Shown here: positions 27,366-29,851 of the stretch, in pieces
How positions within the stretch are numbered: the first letter of the stretch is position 1
Layout: every line of letters begins with the position of its first letter
DNA from: a virus
Lineage: Duplodnaviria > Caudoviricetes
DNA length: 29,851 bases
Virus record (IMG/VR): IMGVR_UViG_3300031647_000041
Coordinates: 1 to 29,851 of that record
Direction: 5' to 3' (one strand)
Notes under the pieces: generated by a model
What the model was told of the DNA's origin: nothing
Database searches by the model: none
Seen by the model: only the letters and a program-made list of their open reading frames with translations
Made by a program: the position numbers and the translations under genes

Positions 27366-27827
27366 ATGGAAAACATTAGTAATAATATTACATATGCCGA
27401 GGCGATACATTCTAGCACTGCTAAAAGAGAAAGAATAGATAACACACCTAATCCTACTCAAATAGAAGCTATGAAGTTATTAGCTTTAAAAGTGTTTCAA
27501 CCATTAAGAAAATGGGTTGAAGGACCAATCAAAGTTAATTCATTTTTTCGTAGTGCAGCTCTTAACAGCGAGATTGGTGGAGCTTCTTCTAGTCAACATT
27601 GTAAAGGTCAAGCTATGGATATTGATGATGTTTACGGGTGTAAGTCAAACGCTGAAATGTTTAACTGGATCAAAGAAAATTTATCTTTTGATCAAATGAT
27701 ATGGGAATTTGGCACAGATACACAACCTAATTGGCTTCATATAAGCTATGTATCAGAAGAAGACAATAGAAACAAATGTTTAAAAGCTTATAAAGAGCAT
27801 AACACAACTAAATACAAGGTAATATGA
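27366..27827 (+). CDS. Peptidase M15-family Zn peptidase, probable endolysin
   Basis: PIKVNSFFRS..LNSEIGG..SSQHCKGQAMDI...WLHISY = S-x-H-x6-D...H-x zinc-ligand pattern of M15 peptidases. Confidence 0.9.
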   Translation: MENISNNITYAEAIHSSTAKRERIDNTPNPTQIEAMKLLALKVFQPLRKWVEGPIKVNSFFRSAALNSEIGGASSSQHCKGQAMDIDDVYGCKSNAEMFNWIKENLSFDQMIWEFGTDTQPNWLHISYVSEEDNRNKCLKAYKEHNTTKYKVI

Positions 27828-27994
27828 ACGAGTTAATTGGATTTGCAAAGAAAAAGAAAAAGAAAAAAAAATCACCTAGTTGCTGGAAAGGTTATAAAGC
27901 CATGGGTTTAAAAAAATCTCCCAGTGGTAAAACTAAAAACGGTAAACCTGTGATGGTTAACAATTGTGTAAAAATTAAAAAGAAAAAAAAATAA
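27824..27994 (+). CDS. 56-aa Lys-rich protein with CWKGY...NC motif (not in ORF track)
   Basis: MNELIGFAKKKKKKKKSPSCWKGYKAMGLKKSPSGKTKNGKPVMVNNCVKIKKKKK; ATGA overlap with the peptidase stop; fills the gap. Confidence 0.8.
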   Translation: MNELIGFAKKKKKKKKSPSCWKGYKAMGLKKSPSGKTKNGKPVMVNNCVKIKKKKK

Positions 27995-27998
27995 TATT

Positions 27999-28112
27999 AT
28001 GGCTTTTAAAATACATAAAATGTACAGTAAAAAAGGGAAAGTTCTAACTGTTGAGACTGACAAAGAACATAAAGCTTTAAAGAAAAGAGGTTGGACACAT
28101 AAAAAAATTTAA
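27999..28112 (+). CDS. 37-aa basic His-containing protein (not in ORF track)
   Basis: MAFKIHKMYSKKGKVLTVETDKEHKALKKRGWTHKKI; ATTATG start context as for other genes; stops 1 nt before the next ATG. Confidence 0.75.
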   Translation: MAFKIHKMYSKKGKVLTVETDKEHKALKKRGWTHKKI

Positions 28113-28113
28113 A

Positions 28114-28653
28114 ATGGAAAATAGTGATAAAATTGTTCAAGAGTCTAATGCGGAAGCTGTATTAAAAAGTGAATTGAAAGGGGATGAAGCTATTAATGAT
28201 CCTATCAATCCAGATATAGCTTATTTAAAGAGTTTAAGATCAAAAACTCCAACAAATAATGGTGATATAACTAGGGATAAAGAAGATGGTCTTTTAACAA
28301 AATTAAAAACTGTTGTAAATAATCCATTTCAAGCTATTAAAACCTTTATAAATCCATCAGATGGTATTGAAAGCTTAACTGGCCTAAGAAAAACAAATGA
28401 TGCTGCGGACGCAGGGAATTCAGATGCTGTTAATCAGCTAGATCGAAGCAGCGCTTTAAACTCTGCTTCAGCTATGGCTGGTCCTTTAATGGCGGCACAA
28501 ACTGGTTTAGATCTTGTGAGTGGAGATCTTATGGGTGCAGTAACAAAAAAAGCAAGTAAATTAACAGGAGGTGTTGTAAGTCCAAAATTAGCTAAAAATA
28601 CTTATAATGCTTATAAAACAAATAAACACGTTATAAATAAACTATTCAGATGA
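28114..28653 (+). CDS. Hypothetical protein
   Basis: 179-aa ORF, ATGA-coupled to the next gene; A/G-rich C-terminal helices. Confidence 0.6.
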   Translation: MENSDKIVQESNAEAVLKSELKGDEAINDPINPDIAYLKSLRSKTPTNNGDITRDKEDGLLTKLKTVVNNPFQAIKTFINPSDGIESLTGLRKTNDAADAGNSDAVNQLDRSSALNSASAMAGPLMAAQTGLDLVSGDLMGAVTKKASKLTGGVVSPKLAKNTYNAYKTNKHVINKLFR

Positions 28654-29063
28654 AAAAACTACTAACACCCTTTGTTGTAATAATAATAATAATGCTATTG
28701 TTTATCTATAGTTGTGGAACATATGTTAAGCAACCTGTTGCTAGTCATGTAGTTGCGGTGACGATGGAAGGAGATACAATACTTGTTGCTATCGATAAGA
28801 TTAGACCAAATATGTATATGAATGTTTATCCTATTTATAGTAATTATAATCCTTACTATAATAACCAATATTATGGTTATAATAATTATAGGTTTAGGTA
28901 TCCTGATAACAGAGGGGTTTCTAATAATAAAAATTATAGAACTCCACCTCCAAAAGAAGTAGGAGGTACAACTTACAGTAATAATCATTCAAACAAAACT
29001 ATTTCAAGAATAGATTACGATAAAGCAGCTGACAGAGGTGCGGCTGGAAAACCACGAAAATAA
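28650..29063 (+). CDS. Putative lipoprotein (possible outer-membrane lysis/spanin component)
   Basis: MKK, hydrophobic stretch, then IYS-C22 lipobox-like site; Y/N-rich low-complexity middle, P/basic tail. Confidence 0.55.
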   Translation: MKKLLTPFVVIIIIMLLFIYSCGTYVKQPVASHVVAVTMEGDTILVAIDKIRPNMYMNVYPIYSNYNPYYNNQYYGYNNYRFRYPDNRGVSNNKNYRTPPPKEVGGTTYSNNHSNKTISRIDYDKAADRGAAGKPRK

Positions 29064-29068
29064 TAACA

Positions 29069-29359
29069 ATGCTAAATAAAAAAGTAGACATCGACATTGA
29101 TGGAGATAACAAACCAGACCTGCAAATCGACTTAAAAACAATTATAATGGCTTTAGGCGGTCTTATATCTCTAGTATTAACCTATACAACCTTAAAAGAA
29201 CAAATTGCAATTAATGCAGTGGAAATTGAGGTAGCTAAACAACTGCCTCCTATGCAGTCTCATGATCTTATAGATCAAAAGATTACATTTCTTGAAGAGC
29301 ATATTAAAGAACAGAATATTCGTTTAGATAAAATAGAAGATAAAGTGTATAGAAGATAA
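29069..29359 (+). CDS. Single-TM coiled-coil membrane protein (holin/inner-spanin-like)
   Basis: 96 aa; TM-like IIMALGGLISLVLTY followed by heptad-like helices; last gene of the operon, near the endolysin. Confidence 0.5.
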   Translation: MLNKKVDIDIDGDNKPDLQIDLKTIIMALGGLISLVLTYTTLKEQIAINAVEIEVAKQLPPMQSHDLIDQKITFLEEHIKEQNIRLDKIEDKVYRR

Positions 29360-29408
29360 CAAGGAACAATATAAACTGGGCGTACCATACCTAAAAGTTC
29401 CTGTCAAA

Positions 29409-29442
29409 GAAGAAAGGGAGATCGTAAGACCTCCCTTTTTTC
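29409..29442. terminator. Bidirectional intrinsic terminator
   Basis: AAGAAAGGGAGATC-GTAA-GACCTCCCTTTTTT between convergent genes; A-rich 5' flank and T-rich 3' flank; the A.C mismatch on + is a G-U pair on -. Confidence 0.85.
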
Positions 29443-29443
29443 G

Positions 29444-29851
29444 TTATCCATCGCATGCAAGACAATCTTCATCCATAGCGGAATCAGCTATGTCTCCACG
29501 TAACACTGACTCAGTCCGAGTATAGTATAAGGTTTTAATACCTTTTTTCCAAGCTTCAAAATGAACTTTATTAATCCACTTAGGTGTGACTACACTAGGA
29601 AAAGCTAAGTTTAAACTAACGCTTTGATCTATATATTGTTGTCGTATACCTGCTTGATTTATTAATTCTAATTGATTAATTTCTTTAAACGTTTTAAAAA
29701 CGTCATAAACTGGTATCTGATCGCATGGTCCAGTCATCATTCCTTTTAACTGTTTAAGTCCTTGAACAGAACCACCATCTTTTAAAATCTTAGCCCATAC
29801 TTCTTCAGTATTGATTTTGTGTTTGCGAAGGAGTTTAACCAAGGTGGGATT
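29444..29851 (-). CDS. nrdA: Ribonucleotide reductase large (alpha) subunit, C-terminal part (5'-truncated by window)
   Basis: RQQYIDQSVSLNL, AWKKGIKTLYYTR (tandem Tyr of class I RNR) and terminal CLACDG (CxxC); frame open to the window edge. Confidence 0.93.
   Translation of the reverse strand, partial: NPTLVKLLRKHKINTEEVWAKILKDGGSVQGLKQLKGMMTGPCDQIPVYDVFKTFKEINQLELINQAGIRQQYIDQSVSLNLAFPSVVTPKWINKVHFEAWKKGIKTLYYTRTESVLRGDIADSAMDEDCLACDG

Noticed and set aside
13852-27699. Alternative-frame + strand ORFs 13852-14064, 27217-27438 and 27517-27699
   Set aside because: They overlap well-supported genes, have shifted-frame L/K/I-rich composition, and show no recognisable motif or start context.
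2158-28988. Short minus-strand ORFs in the track (e.g. 2158-2394, 14526-14861, 25359-25721, 26253-26609, 28695-28988)
   Set aside because: Antisense shadows of long + strand genes with L/S/F/I-rich composition and no motifs.
1-29851. CRISPR array, tRNA/rRNA, integrase/transposase, intron or intein
   Set aside because: No repeat-spacer array, cloverleaf, recombinase or splicing motifs seen; intergenic gaps are about 100 nt or less once the small ORFs are counted. A divergent intein cannot be excluded by eye.

Overview
AT-rich dsDNA tailed-phage DNA, almost fully coding. The + strand (1-29359) is one virion morphogenesis and lysis operon of a podovirus: terminase C-terminus, portal, acidic scaffold-like protein, major capsid protein, two adaptor/ring-type proteins, a two-gene nozzle/stabilisation module, a GNAT-fold protein, three putative ejected proteins (258, 582 and 3188 aa), small basic proteins, an M15 peptidase endolysin and a lipoprotein/membrane-protein pair. 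It converges at a bidirectional terminator on the 3' end of a ribonucleotide reductase alpha gene on the - strand. Gene style and SD-less, A/T-rich start contexts suggest a Bacteroidota (flavobacterial) phage distantly resembling crAss-like phages; this is inference. The most notable signal is a hidden coding layer absent from the ORF track. (i) A slippery A_AAG followed 5 nt later by a well-formed H-type pseudoknot at codon 39 of the 3188-aa gene; a -1 shift would give a 74-aa Cys-rich protein. (ii) A lambda-type G_GGA_AAG heptamer directly before the stop of the 258-aa gene, whose -1 frame fills most of the intergenic gap. (iii) A 49-aa basic gene nested in the +1 frame of the scaffold gene. 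The giant protein looks like a polyvalent polyprotein (zincin HExxH, sigma-region-2-like segment, HAD phosphatase) with a recurring linker motif between domains. All product calls rest on motif recognition and synteny by eye; no database search was run.
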